A stretch of 64,000 nucleotides of DNA from Candidatus Bathyarchaeota archaeon (lineage in GTDB: Archaea > Thermoproteota > Bathyarchaeia > TCS64), in the NCBI GenBank assembly GCA_016930055.1, contig JAFGHP010000004.1, positions 1,857 through 65,856 of the forward strand, given 5' to 3'. The notes under the pieces were generated by a model. It worked only from the letters and a program-made list of their open reading frames with translations, did no database searches and was not told where the DNA came from. This document shows positions 50,643-60,109 of the stretch, piece by piece; position 1 is the first letter of the stretch; each line of letters starts with the position of its first letter. The translations under genes were made by a program, and so were the position numbers.

Positions 50643-51023
50643 CTATATTGAGATTATTAAATCCGAGAAACCGTTAATTACTGAGGGCTGATTTCTGAAT
50701 CCCGCTGCTGAGTTAACCATGCCATAAACTCTAAGCCACCTCGAAACCTTATCTAAGTAACCTAACTCCTGTTTTAAGCTAGCAAGAATAGCTAAACCCG
50801 TAAGACGGGCAGCATTGTAAGCTTGTTCTTGGGTAACTTCCGCTCCTACTTTACCGAAAGGTCCAGCTAAAGATCCATCGGGGTTTGTTGGGCCATGCCC
50901 CGAAATGTAGGCTCTATCACCCTGTATCAATACAAAGGGGAATGTTTGCCTAAAGTTTGCTGGAACCTTTGTGGGTTCAGGTAAAGAAATTCCAAGTTCA
51001 CTTAATTTTGCTTCGATTTTCAT
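50643..51023 (-). CDS. RidA/YjgF-family protein, truncated by an in-frame TAG (homology continues to 50541)
   Basis: The N-terminal 126 aa are RidA-like. After TAG (50643-50645) the same frame encodes GKEAGRHARSAVGLAELPWGIPVEIEAEVLIKN*, which is the canonical RidA C-terminus. Confidence 0.7.
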   Translation of the reverse strand: MKIEAKLSELGISLPEPTKVPANFRQTFPFVLIQGDRAYISGHGPTNPDGSLAGPFGKVGAEVTQEQAYNAARLTGLAILASLKQELGYLDKVSRWLRVYGMVNSAAGFRNQPSVINGFSDLIISI

Positions 51024-51181
51024 TACTAATCACAGTTAAATTTTACACAAAGTGTGCTTTAAAATATGTCATAGTTTTAAATTAAACAATATTAGTTTAT
51101 CAAATTAATTTAGATAATTGCTTAGCATATAATAAATAGCAGATAAATAGGAATTCAGCATATCGACTTAATGAGATTGTT

Positions 51182-54100
51182 GTGAGGATAAGGGTAAAAG
51201 GCGCGAGAGAAAACAACCTCAAAAACATAGATGTCGAGTTTGGTGATGGTTTAACAGTCGTTACTGGTGTAAGTGGCAGCGGGAAGACCAGCTTGGTCTT
51301 CGATACCATTCATCACGAAGCTCAGAGAAGGATGTACGAAATCTTTACCTCTCGACGTTCAACTCCTATTGAACAACCCGCTAAAGTTGATAGCATCACA
51401 GGTATTGGACCAACTGTTGCTGTAGGTCAAAACTTGCTTAATAGGAACCCTAATAGTACTTTAGCAACAGCTAGTGGTTTGCATCCCTTCCTTAGGTTAT
51501 TATTTTCTAGATTCGGTACAAGAATCTGTGAAAGATGCTCTGAACCTCTAAATATTTTAACTGTTGATGAAATCGTCTCTGAAATTGCTAAAATAGAAGA
51601 TGATTGCTCTTTATTAGCTCCATTAATATTTAATTCAATTGGAAGCCATTCTGTATTACTAAGCTTACTTACCGAGAAATTTGGGTCTGAATCTCTCATT
51701 ATTGATGGAGAAAACTATAATGGTGAAAAACTTGATGCTCAGATTCTTCATAACATTGTTTTAAGATTAACATGTGTAAACAAAGAAACTAGTAGGAAGG
51801 AGATTAAAGAACAAATAGTAAAAGCAGAAGCTTTAGGATGTAATAATATAATAATTCAAGAAAAAGAAACGACATCAAGGTATAGCTCAACTAATATATG
51901 TCCTGTATGTGGTATGTGGTTTAAGCCAATTAATCCTCATGACTTCAATGAGAGATGTCCAAACTGTAATGGAATAGGATGTCCTCAATGTAAAAAAACG
52001 GGACTTAAACCAGAAGTTGTTAATGTTACATGGAAGAGGTATTCTTTCAAAACAATTCAAGATCTAGATGTAAATCAGGCATTACGACTATTTTATAATT
52101 CAACTCTACCAGAAGGTGCTGAGAGGCTTCTTAAAGAAATTGTAAAGCGTTTAGAGGCATTGAACCGGGTGGGTCTTGGATATATTCAGTTGAATAGATC
52201 TAGCCCAACATTATCAAGGGGCGAATCCCAGAGGGTTAGACTTGCAGTTTCTTTGAAAAGCGACCTCGAAGATATTCTTCATGTCTTAGATGAACCAACA
52301 ATTGGACAGCATCCTAGTGATGTATTAAGCTTAGTTTCTGCCTTTAGAGAGTTAAAGGGACCTGTAATTTACGTTGAACATGATAGGGTAGCTGCAGCAC
52401 TCGCTGACAATGTAGTTGATGTTGGACCAGGAGCAGGATCTAAGGGTGGAGAGATCGTGTTTTCAGGGAGTCCAGTTAAACTCTGGGAAGCTGATACTGT
52501 TTCTGGTCAATATTTTAGCTTACGGAAAAAACCAATACAGCCTAAAATGAAGCCTCTACCTTTGAAATATCTAACTATCAAAGGAGCAAACAAAAATAAT
52601 CTTAAAAATATTGATGTAAAAATTCCTTGGGAACGCTTAACAGTGGTAACTGGTGTTAGTGGAAGTGGTAAAAGCACTCTTATTGAGGATGTTTTAGTAA
52701 AATCTCTTTCCGATGGAAAACCTGTTGGTTGCCAAAGCATCGAAGATATTTTAGATCCGATACTTGTTGATCAGAGCCCGATAGGAAGGAACCCGCACTC
52801 AACTCCGGCTACTTATACAAAACTCAGCGAGTTACTTAGGAAATATTATGCTAAAAATACTGGACTCAGCACAAGCTGCTTTAGCTTTAACAGACCCGAA
52901 GGAGCTTGTCCTGAATGTGAGGGGATGGGAGCCATCGAAATTAAGATGCGTTACTTGCCTTCATGTTGGGTTACATGCACTTTATGTGAAGGTAGAAGAT
53001 TTAAACCGGAAATTGCTGAAAAAAAGCTTGAGTTTCATGATGTTCAACTTAGTATTGCTGATTTTTACGAGTTAACTGTAGAAGAAGCATACAAAGTACT
53101 ATCTGAAGCTAGAATTGAACATAAGCTGAAGAAGCAAATTCTAAACATACTCAAAGCCTTAAAAGACATTGGACTAGGATACTTGAGGTTAGGTCAACCA
53201 AGTCCCTCACTGTCTGGAGGAGAAGCTCAAAGAATTAAATTAGCAAAATATCTTGGACGAAGTAACTTAACCAATAAATTAATTCTGTTAGATGAACCTT
53301 CAACGGGGCTTCATCCTCAAGACATAACAAACCTTCTCAATGTGCTTGATAACCTTGTTGATAAGGGAGCCACAATTGTTGTAGTGGAGCATAACCTAGA
53401 CATAATCAGGTTTTCAGACTGGATAATAGATTTGGGTCCTGGTGCTGGGCCTTCAGGTGGAGAAGTATTATACAATGGTACAACGGATGAGTTTATCCAA
53501 AAAGCAAGATCATTGACAGCAAAAGCACTACGGGAAGAATCCAAGATTAAGCCAAAAGATGCCAGTCAAGAAGTATACAGTAAATTGGATAATATAGTTG
53601 TGAAAGGAGCCAAAGTTAACAACCTTAAAGACATTAATGTATCTTTTCCGAAAAATAAGATCACGGTAGTTACAGGTGTAAGTGGTTCAGGTAAAAGCAG
53701 TCTTGTTTCAGATACTTTGGAGGTTGAAGCGAAACGGAGATACCTCGAATCGCTATCAATGTATGAGAGGCAGGGAACTAAAGAGGGACCTGAAGCTCCT
53801 GTAGATGAAATTTCAGGATTGGGTGTAACTGTATCGATTACACCTGAAAGAAGGCTTTATAGTAGAAGAAGTACTGTTGGAACTGTTACTGAGATTGATC
53901 ATAATTTAGCAGTGCTCTTCTCCCTTCTGGGTAAAAAGCGATGCACAAACTGCGGAGAAGAGATGGTCAGAGACAAGGAATGGATCTGCCCATTATGTGG
54001 ATCAACTGCCTTAATCGCTGATTCGAATAAATTTGATCCCAAAAACTACTCCGCAGCTTGCACAAAATGTAATGGCGTAGGAACCCTTCAGAAGCCTAAC

Positions 54101-56023
54101 CCAAGTAAATTGATTATAAACCCTTCAAAACCCTTGTGCAGTGGAGCAATGTATAGTCCAGGATTCTTCCCACAAGGTTACCTATGTAAACCAGGGAATG
54201 GTGGATATGATGTTCTTCACGCATTCGCAGAGAAAAGAGGTTTTAGCCCTGAGGATACTCCTTGGAATCAGGTTCCTGAAGAGATTCAGAATATGTTTTA
54301 TTACGGAGATCCAGAGCCTATCGATGTAACTTTCAACAACTTAAAAGGAAGAATAAGTAATCGTACAGTCAAAATGCCTGGCTTCTATAGTGGTTATATT
54401 AGAGACTGGGATGTGGGAGGTACTTATACTGATATTGTGTCTTGCCCAGAATGCGGAGGTGCAAAACTACGTCCTGAATATTTAGAAGTTAAACTAACTG
54501 GATACAATATTTACCAACTTGAAAACCTTCCCCTTTCAGATCTAAGTAGAATAATAAATGAATTTGATGTCCCAAAAGGGCATATTGTTGAGACAAATTA
54601 TTCTACAATAAAAAACAGGTTGAGATTCTTAAATCAAGTTGGACTAAGTTACATAAATCTCAACAGAGTATCTGCAACACTTAGTGCAGGGGAAGCCCAG
54701 AGGATTAAACTTGCAGGACTATTAGGAAGTGGACTGACAAGTCTAACCATAATCCTAGATGAACCTTCGAGAGGTCTTCATCCGAGTGAAGTGAACGCTC
54801 TATTTGACGCTTTGAAGGAGCTATGTGATGAAGGAAATACTGTTATTATTGTTGAACACGATCCGGAAATAATACGAAAAGCAGATCACATCATTGAGTT
54901 GGGACCTGGACCAGGTGTAGCAGGCGGAAAAATTGTGGCTGAGGGTACTCCTGAAACTATAATTAAAGCAGGTACGGTAACGGGGAAATGGATTCAAAAA
55001 AACCTCATAAAAATATCACAAAAAAGGCGACAACCTAAAGGATGGATGAAAATAATAGGTGCTAAAGAGAACAACCTAAAAGACATTGAAACAAGAATAC
55101 CGCTAGGAGTATTAACTGGTATCTGTGGGGTATCTGGTAGTGGGAAAAGTACTTTAATAGTTGATACTTTGGGGAGAGCTCTTAATCCACAGAAACATAC
55201 TACAAGTGTAGCTAAAGAACCGTTAGAACCAGGAGCACATGACTCAATAATTGACCCCCCTAAAAATAATTTAGTTATTGATCAGACTCGTACTGGAATA
55301 AGTAATCCATCAAAATATCTTGGATTAGATAAGGAGTTGGCAAAGATTTACTCTGAAACAATCGAAGCTGTCTCCAGGGGAATAACTTTCAAACATCTTA
55401 TGGAACGGTGTGATGTATGTAGTGGATCAGGTACAGTTAGAATCGATATGGAATTCTTACCAGACATACATAGTGAATGTGAAGCATGTCGAGGAACTGG
55501 GTATAAACAAGAAGCATGGGATGTTAAACTCAACGATTTAAGCTTGCCAGAGTTAAACAGTTTAACCCTTACAGAAATTTATAATCTCTTCAAAGGGTAT
55601 CCTAGTTTAACCTCAAAGATTAAACCTGCATTGGATGTAGGTTTAGGATACCTTGTCTTAAACCAGCAATCATATACCCTTTCAGGAGGAGAAGCACAGC
55701 GTCTTAAAATAGCTGCAGAGTTGACAAAGAAGAAAGGGGATAATTGCTTATACATCCTTGATGAACCCAGCATCGGGCAGCATCTAGAAGACATAAAAAG
55801 GTTGAATGGAGTTCTGAATCAATTAGTAGATGAAGGTAATTCAGTGATTATTGTTGAGCATTGCCCCCAGATGCTAGTAAACTGCGATTGGTTACTGGAA
55901 CTTGGTCCAGTGGGTGGACCCGAAGGAGGTTACTTAATTGCAGAGGGAACACCAGAAACAGTCTCATGTAAAGACACACCTACTTCACCATATCTTAAAG
56001 TAATTTTGGAGGAATCAACATGA
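51182..56023 (+). CDS. UvrA-like ABC ATPase, tandemly duplicated (four nucleotide-binding modules, 1613 aa); GTG start
   Basis: Walker A GVSGSGK(T/S) at aa 29, 491, 832 and 1316. Four LS(R/G/A)GE(S/A)QR signatures. Four DEP(T/S) Walker B motifs. Each module is preceded by GA(R/N/K)xNNLK(N/D)I. Several CxxC zinc modules are present. Confidence 0.9.
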   Translation: MRIRVKGARENNLKNIDVEFGDGLTVVTGVSGSGKTSLVFDTIHHEAQRRMYEIFTSRRSTPIEQPAKVDSITGIGPTVAVGQNLLNRNPNSTLATASGLHPFLRLLFSRFGTRICERCSEPLNILTVDEIVSEIAKIEDDCSLLAPLIFNSIGSHSVLLSLLTEKFGSESLIIDGENYNGEKLDAQILHNIVLRLTCVNKETSRKEIKEQIVKAEALGCNNIIIQEKETTSRYSSTNICPVCGMWFKPINPHDFNERCPNCNGIGCPQCKKTGLKPEVVNVTWKRYSFKTIQDLDVNQALRLFYNSTLPEGAERLLKEIVKRLEALNRVGLGYIQLNRSSPTLSRGESQRVRLAVSLKSDLEDILHVLDEPTIGQHPSDVLSLVSAFRELKGPVIYVEHDRVAAALADNVVDVGPGAGSKGGEIVFSGSPVKLWEADTVSGQYFSLRKKPIQPKMKPLPLKYLTIKGANKNNLKNIDVKIPWERLTVVTGVSGSGKSTLIEDVLVKSLSDGKPVGCQSIEDILDPILVDQSPIGRNPHSTPATYTKLSELLRKYYAKNTGLSTSCFSFNRPEGACPECEGMGAIEIKMRYLPSCWVTCTLCEGRRFKPEIAEKKLEFHDVQLSIADFYELTVEEAYKVLSEARIEHKLKKQILNILKALKDIGLGYLRLGQPSPSLSGGEAQRIKLAKYLGRSNLTNKLILLDEPSTGLHPQDITNLLNVLDNLVDKGATIVVVEHNLDIIRFSDWIIDLGPGAGPSGGEVLYNGTTDEFIQKARSLTAKALREESKIKPKDASQEVYSKLDNIVVKGAKVNNLKDINVSFPKNKITVVTGVSGSGKSSLVSDTLEVEAKRRYLESLSMYERQGTKEGPEAPVDEISGLGVTVSITPERRLYSRRSTVGTVTEIDHNLAVLFSLLGKKRCTNCGEEMVRDKEWICPLCGSTALIADSNKFDPKNYSAACTKCNGVGTLQKPNPSKLIINPSKPLCSGAMYSPGFFPQGYLCKPGNGGYDVLHAFAEKRGFSPEDTPWNQVPEEIQNMFYYGDPEPIDVTFNNLKGRISNRTVKMPGFYSGYIRDWDVGGTYTDIVSCPECGGAKLRPEYLEVKLTGYNIYQLENLPLSDLSRIINEFDVPKGHIVETNYSTIKNRLRFLNQVGLSYINLNRVSATLSAGEAQRIKLAGLLGSGLTSLTIILDEPSRGLHPSEVNALFDALKELCDEGNTVIIVEHDPEIIRKADHIIELGPGPGVAGGKIVAEGTPETIIKAGTVTGKWIQKNLIKISQKRRQPKGWMKIIGAKENNLKDIETRIPLGVLTGICGVSGSGKSTLIVDTLGRALNPQKHTTSVAKEPLEPGAHDSIIDPPKNNLVIDQTRTGISNPSKYLGLDKELAKIYSETIEAVSRGITFKHLMERCDVCSGSGTVRIDMEFLPDIHSECEACRGTGYKQEAWDVKLNDLSLPELNSLTLTEIYNLFKGYPSLTSKIKPALDVGLGYLVLNQQSYTLSGGEAQRLKIAAELTKKKGDNCLYILDEPSIGQHLEDIKRLNGVLNQLVDEGNSVIIVEHCPQMLVNCDWLLELGPVGGPEGGYLIAEGTPETVSCKDTPTSPYLKVILEEST

Positions 56024-57039
56024 GCTGGGTACCTCTACTGTTAACTGATCACTCAACTTGCCTTAGGTACCTTGTACATAAAAACCTGTTAAATGATTCT
56101 GAAGCAGAAGAATTGAGAAATTTCCGTTTAAATGATCCCCTAATTAAAGATTTGACTATAAGGCAGCTGCCAGATGGATCGTGGGCACCAGCAAGTATTT
56201 ATGGTCATAGCCAGGGAAAAATCCAAGCAACCGCCCAAGCATTGACGCGGTTAGGTTATCTTGAGGTGCCATTTGGGCATGAATCAGTTAGGCGTGCAGC
56301 TGAATATCTTTTTAGTCAGCAGAAACCAGATGGTTCTTGGCCTCTGATTGAAAATAGCAACGATTCTGAAGATAAAGAGCATTACGATATAATGAGTTTA
56401 CAGACAAGCATACCTTTACGAGGTCTAGCTGAATCTGGATATTCAGAGGATCCTCGCAGTATGAGGGCTTATGAATGGTTACTTAATCAGCAGATGGAAG
56501 ATGGAGCATGGCCTACAGGCATTGCTAAGGGTGTTTATGGCTATGTAGCGGGATACCGGAGAATACCTCATAGTAGATGGGGATGTAGAAGCAACACAAC
56601 TGCAGCAGTAACCTGTCTAAGCCTTAATCAAAAACTAAGAAAAAGCACTGCAGCAAGAAGGGGACTAGATCTACTCTTAGGAAGAGAAACACGGGAAAGA
56701 ACCCCTCTTGGCTACGATATTGCTAGACTTGTTGGTTACGAACCCTCAACAGGCTTCATTACATACTATGCACGATTCGATAATGCTCACATTCTCAAAC
56801 TTTGTAGCAGACTAGAAGCAGGATTACATGATCCTAGAGTAAAAAATTTAGTGGAATACACGATTCAGGAGCAGGGAAGTTTTGGATTATGGGAATATTT
56901 ACCTAATCCTCAAGCAACAAAATGGGTTACTTATGACATTCTTTATAATTTGTCTCAAATAATGCCTACATCTGACTGGGAAACCTTAGAGCCACAAACC
57001 CCCTTCCAACCATACCCCAAGAAACGGAAGAGGTATTAG
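56020..57039 (+). CDS. Prenyltransferase/squalene-cyclase-repeat (QW-motif) alpha/alpha-toroid protein
   Basis: RAAEYLFSQQKPDGSW and RAYEWLLNQQMEDGAW fit the QW motif [KR][GA]xx[FYW][LIV]xxxQx(2-5)GxW. Two more degenerate copies are present. The ATG overlaps the upstream TGA as ATGA. GGAGGA lies 6-11 nt upstream. Confidence 0.7.
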   Translation: MSWVPLLLTDHSTCLRYLVHKNLLNDSEAEELRNFRLNDPLIKDLTIRQLPDGSWAPASIYGHSQGKIQATAQALTRLGYLEVPFGHESVRRAAEYLFSQQKPDGSWPLIENSNDSEDKEHYDIMSLQTSIPLRGLAESGYSEDPRSMRAYEWLLNQQMEDGAWPTGIAKGVYGYVAGYRRIPHSRWGCRSNTTAAVTCLSLNQKLRKSTAARRGLDLLLGRETRERTPLGYDIARLVGYEPSTGFITYYARFDNAHILKLCSRLEAGLHDPRVKNLVEYTIQEQGSFGLWEYLPNPQATKWVTYDILYNLSQIMPTSDWETLEPQTPFQPYPKKRKRY

Positions 57040-57257
57040 AATTAACGCATTTACTTTTAAAACGTCATATTCAAAAATATATTAAATATATTAATTTAAG
57101 GTTGTTATACAGTTCAATATTAACAGATAAATTAAACTAGTATAAGCTGGAAGAGTTAATCTAATAACCCTTACAAGAAAATAAGCTTTTTTTAAGGTTT
57201 TTTAGGTTTTTGGGTTTATGCGTAAACTTATATTAAAAAAATGTTTTATGAAAACCG

Positions 57258-57599
57258 ATGAACCTTTCTGTAATTGACGATAAAGATGTATTAATTAAAA
57301 CAGTCAGGGAGTTGGGTTTTAGTTACCATGAAACAGTAGATCTGTTAAATAACAGTTTAGTTGAAGCTAGAAATTCTAGAAGTCTTTGGAGAGGAAAAAA
57401 CGGTAAAGGCAATGCTCTGATACAGATTGGTGCATCATTATTTTTAGTACCGATACCTATTGTTACTGAAGCACTGGGTTTGATCCTGATGTCTGCTGGT
57501 CTTTTCCAATCGAAGATTCAGGGACCTCCCCTTTACATTGAGGATATCTATGACACTTGCGAAGAAATATCTAAAGAGTTGAGCAGAATTCTCCAATAA
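57258..57599 (+). CDS. Hypothetical small membrane protein
   Basis: 113-aa ORF with a central hydrophobic hairpin (ALIQIGASLFLVPIPIVTEALGLILMSAGLF). Confidence 0.4.
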   Translation: MNLSVIDDKDVLIKTVRELGFSYHETVDLLNNSLVEARNSRSLWRGKNGKGNALIQIGASLFLVPIPIVTEALGLILMSAGLFQSKIQGPPLYIEDIYDTCEEISKELSRILQ

Positions 57600-57679
57600 T
57601 TACAGAAATTTTAGCTCTAATTTTAAAGAGAACAAAATAAACTGCTAAATAATAAAAATTTTTTAATTGGAACTTATTT

Positions 57680-58804
57680 TTAACTAGCTTCTGCGACCAA
57701 GTCGATTATAGACTCTATGTTTTTCTTAATGTCTTTAGAGAGCCCCATCATGCTTACATCCATGAAGCCTCTAACTAAGACTCCAACTGATTCGTCTCTA
57801 TTCAAACCTCGGCTCATTAGGTATACTATTTCCTCTTCATTCAGTTTGCCTATTGCGGCTTCATGGCTTAGCTCAGCTCCTGAATTTGTTGCACTTAAAA
57901 TGGGAATTGCTTCAAGAAAGGCTTCATTATCTAGGAGAATTCCCCTACATTCAAGGTGACCACGGCATTTCTCGCTATTTCCACATATTGTTCCTCTGCT
58001 AACGAGGTAACTGTTTGATCGAATAACTGCTCTAGTGTTAAGTTCAGTGACACTACCATGGCCTTTCAATTCGACCTCTGAACCTATATCCATAACAGAA
58101 TCGTTGTGAACATATAGGACATTGTTTAGGATGGCTTTTGAGTTTAAGCCATTGCAGGTAGCTAAAGGTGACATCTGCACATCCTTTGCTGGTGTCAAAC
58201 AAATGTAATTTGAAATAAACTCAGAGTTTGAGGCAATTTGGATTCCTGTACGTGGTCTGACTAGAGTTTCAGGAGCCCATTGATGAACCATGGTGAAGGT
58301 TAGTTTTGCGTTATCTTCCACCCATATCTCAGAGACACCAAAGTGTGCTCCAAGCTTTGCTTCATGGTGTTGAACACATGTAGTAAGTATCTGGGTATTA
58401 CTACCCTTACCAGCGATTATTATATTGTGGATACGCTGTTTTGTATTCTCTTCGTTTAACATTAAGCAGCTTTGTAGCGGTAAATCAATCTCTGCGCCTG
58501 GTTTAATGTGAATAAAGTATCCTCCACTCCAACTTTCTGCTACTTCTTGAGTATATTCATCTTTATCTTTGTTCACGAGGGTCCACATACGTTCTTTAAG
58601 CCAAGGATATTTCTCAAGAGCATCTTTAGTATCCATCATCTCCAGCTGATCTTTGAAGTTTTGGCTAATCTTCGAGTAGATTGTTTTCTGATCGACATGG
58701 AAAAAAACACCTGAAGCATCAGACTCGCTTACATTTACGCCTGCTCTCATTGCTTCCTCTAATATTCTGTGAGGAAGCTCTGTTAGATTCTTGTTATTAC
58801 TCAT
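57680..58804 (-). CDS. SufB/SufD-family Fe-S cluster assembly scaffold protein
   Basis: The beta-helix region has SufBD-type repeats and a C-terminal ...EAAIGKLNEEEIVYLMSRGL... pattern. The ATG overlaps the sufC stop as ATGA. Confidence 0.8.
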   Translation of the reverse strand: MSNNKNLTELPHRILEEAMRAGVNVSESDASGVFFHVDQKTIYSKISQNFKDQLEMMDTKDALEKYPWLKERMWTLVNKDKDEYTQEVAESWSGGYFIHIKPGAEIDLPLQSCLMLNEENTKQRIHNIIIAGKGSNTQILTTCVQHHEAKLGAHFGVSEIWVEDNAKLTFTMVHQWAPETLVRPRTGIQIASNSEFISNYICLTPAKDVQMSPLATCNGLNSKAILNNVLYVHNDSVMDIGSEVELKGHGSVTELNTRAVIRSNSYLVSRGTICGNSEKCRGHLECRGILLDNEAFLEAIPILSATNSGAELSHEAAIGKLNEEEIVYLMSRGLNRDESVGVLVRGFMDVSMMGLSKDIKKNIESIIDLVAEAS

Positions 58805-59562
58805 GCTAGGCCCTCAGTTATACGTGTCGAGCAACTCAAGCAATGCTCATATCCGTTTGTTCTTATCTCCTCATAGATTGTTTTTGGATCAGGGAAGCAA
58901 TGGTTCATACCATCAATAATAACGCATGCATTCTCAGCTTTGACGAAGTCGAGTATGTCGCCTTTATGGGTTATAATAAGTGAAGTAGCTTTTGAATCGT
59001 TAAGGTAATTCTCAAGTTCACTAGAAAGGAATCTAAGACTATCAACGTCGACACCAGAATCTGGTTCATCGAGAAGGACAAGTTTTGACTTTAAAAATAA
59101 TATTTGAAGTATCTCCGCTTTCTTCCGTTCACCACCAGAGAAACCTACATTAACATCTCTATCAAGGAACTCCACAAGGTTGAACCTTTTAATTGTCTCC
59201 ATCTCGTCAGAGCTGAATTCATCATTTCTCTTCTTACCTAAACATAACTTTAGTAAATGGGCTAATTTGACACCTCTAATTTCTGGAGGTTGCTGAAATA
59301 ACATAGATACTCCGAGTTTCGATCTAGAGTAAACATCCAAATCAGTAATTTCTTTACCTTCATAACTTATAGATCCAGATACAACTTTGCATGAAGGAAT
59401 ACCCATTATAGTTCTTATGAGAGTAGACTTTCCAGAACCATTCGGACCAAAAACGAAGGCCCTCTCACCAGCTTCAAGTTTTAAATTAATGTTTTTAAGA
59501 ATAAGTTTGTCATCAATTTTAACAGACAGGTTTTCGATTTCAAGAGCTGCTCCTTTAGCCAT
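58801..59562 (-). CDS. sufC: Fe-S cluster assembly ATPase SufC
   Basis: LEIENLSV...GPNGSGKSTL...FSGGERKKAEILQ...LLDEPDSGVD. I prefer the ATG at 59562 over 59574. Confidence 0.85.
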   Translation of the reverse strand: MAKGAALEIENLSVKIDDKLILKNINLKLEAGERAFVFGPNGSGKSTLIRTIMGIPSCKVVSGSISYEGKEITDLDVYSRSKLGVSMLFQQPPEIRGVKLAHLLKLCLGKKRNDEFSSDEMETIKRFNLVEFLDRDVNVGFSGGERKKAEILQILFLKSKLVLLDEPDSGVDVDSLRFLSSELENYLNDSKATSLIITHKGDILDFVKAENACVIIDGMNHCFPDPKTIYEEIRTNGYEHCLSCSTRITEGLA

Positions 59563-59692
59563 ATAACTGCACAATAAGTTAATTATGCGTGGTTATTCTT
59601 TAACTGATTGATAATATAAGAAAGTAATTTTTTTATCATATTTTAGTTTTAATAATTTTTATATGATTCTTAATTATATTTAATTAATTTAG

Positions 59693-60109
59693 TTGATGTT
59701 AATGTTCCAAGAGATATTAAGCAATATATCAAAAGTGCTGCTTGTTTTAGGAACTGTTTTTGTGATCAGTAAAATGATCAACAAAATTCAAGGAAATAAG
59801 GTAGGCTCTTTTCATAACAAGAATTTTAAAACTATGTACTGGCTTCATGTCAATGGATCAAAGATTGGGATTATTCTTTGTTTCGTTCATGGATTCACTA
59901 TAGAACCTTGTCAAAAATATCTTTATACAGGATATTTTTTGGGAGGAATTATGCTTATCCTGCTTGCGATAGGCGCGTATCTTAGTATTAAGATGAATTC
60001 AAATCCAATGGGAGAAGAGGATGATGTAAAATGGAGAAATTTACGATTAATAAAATGGGTGTTCACTTTTCTATTATTCTCTGCTATTGCAGTACATTAT
60101 CTTCTTTAA
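59693..60109 (+). CDS. Hypothetical integral membrane protein (4 TM)
   Basis: ORF with hydrophobic helices only. Confidence 0.4.
   Translation: MMLMFQEILSNISKVLLVLGTVFVISKMINKIQGNKVGSFHNKNFKTMYWLHVNGSKIGIILCFVHGFTIEPCQKYLYTGYFLGGIMLILLAIGAYLSIKMNSNPMGEEDDVKWRNLRLIKWVFTFLLFSAIAVHYLL

Noticed and set aside
50643-50645. TAG as a genome-wide sense (pyrrolysine) codon
   Set aside because: TAG ends several well-delimited genes in this window (21778-21780, followed directly by TAA; 32654-32656; 49942-49944; 57037-57039; 63842-63844). General reassignment is therefore not supported. Only a local nonsense or read-through event is considered.
51182-57039. Apparent higher GC of the UvrA-like/toroid locus as evidence for horizontal transfer
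   Set aside because: Other conserved genes here (cdc48, M81, the 46281 MFS gene) look similarly GC-enriched by eye relative to membrane and hypothetical genes. I cannot compute composition or codon statistics, so no HGT claim is made.
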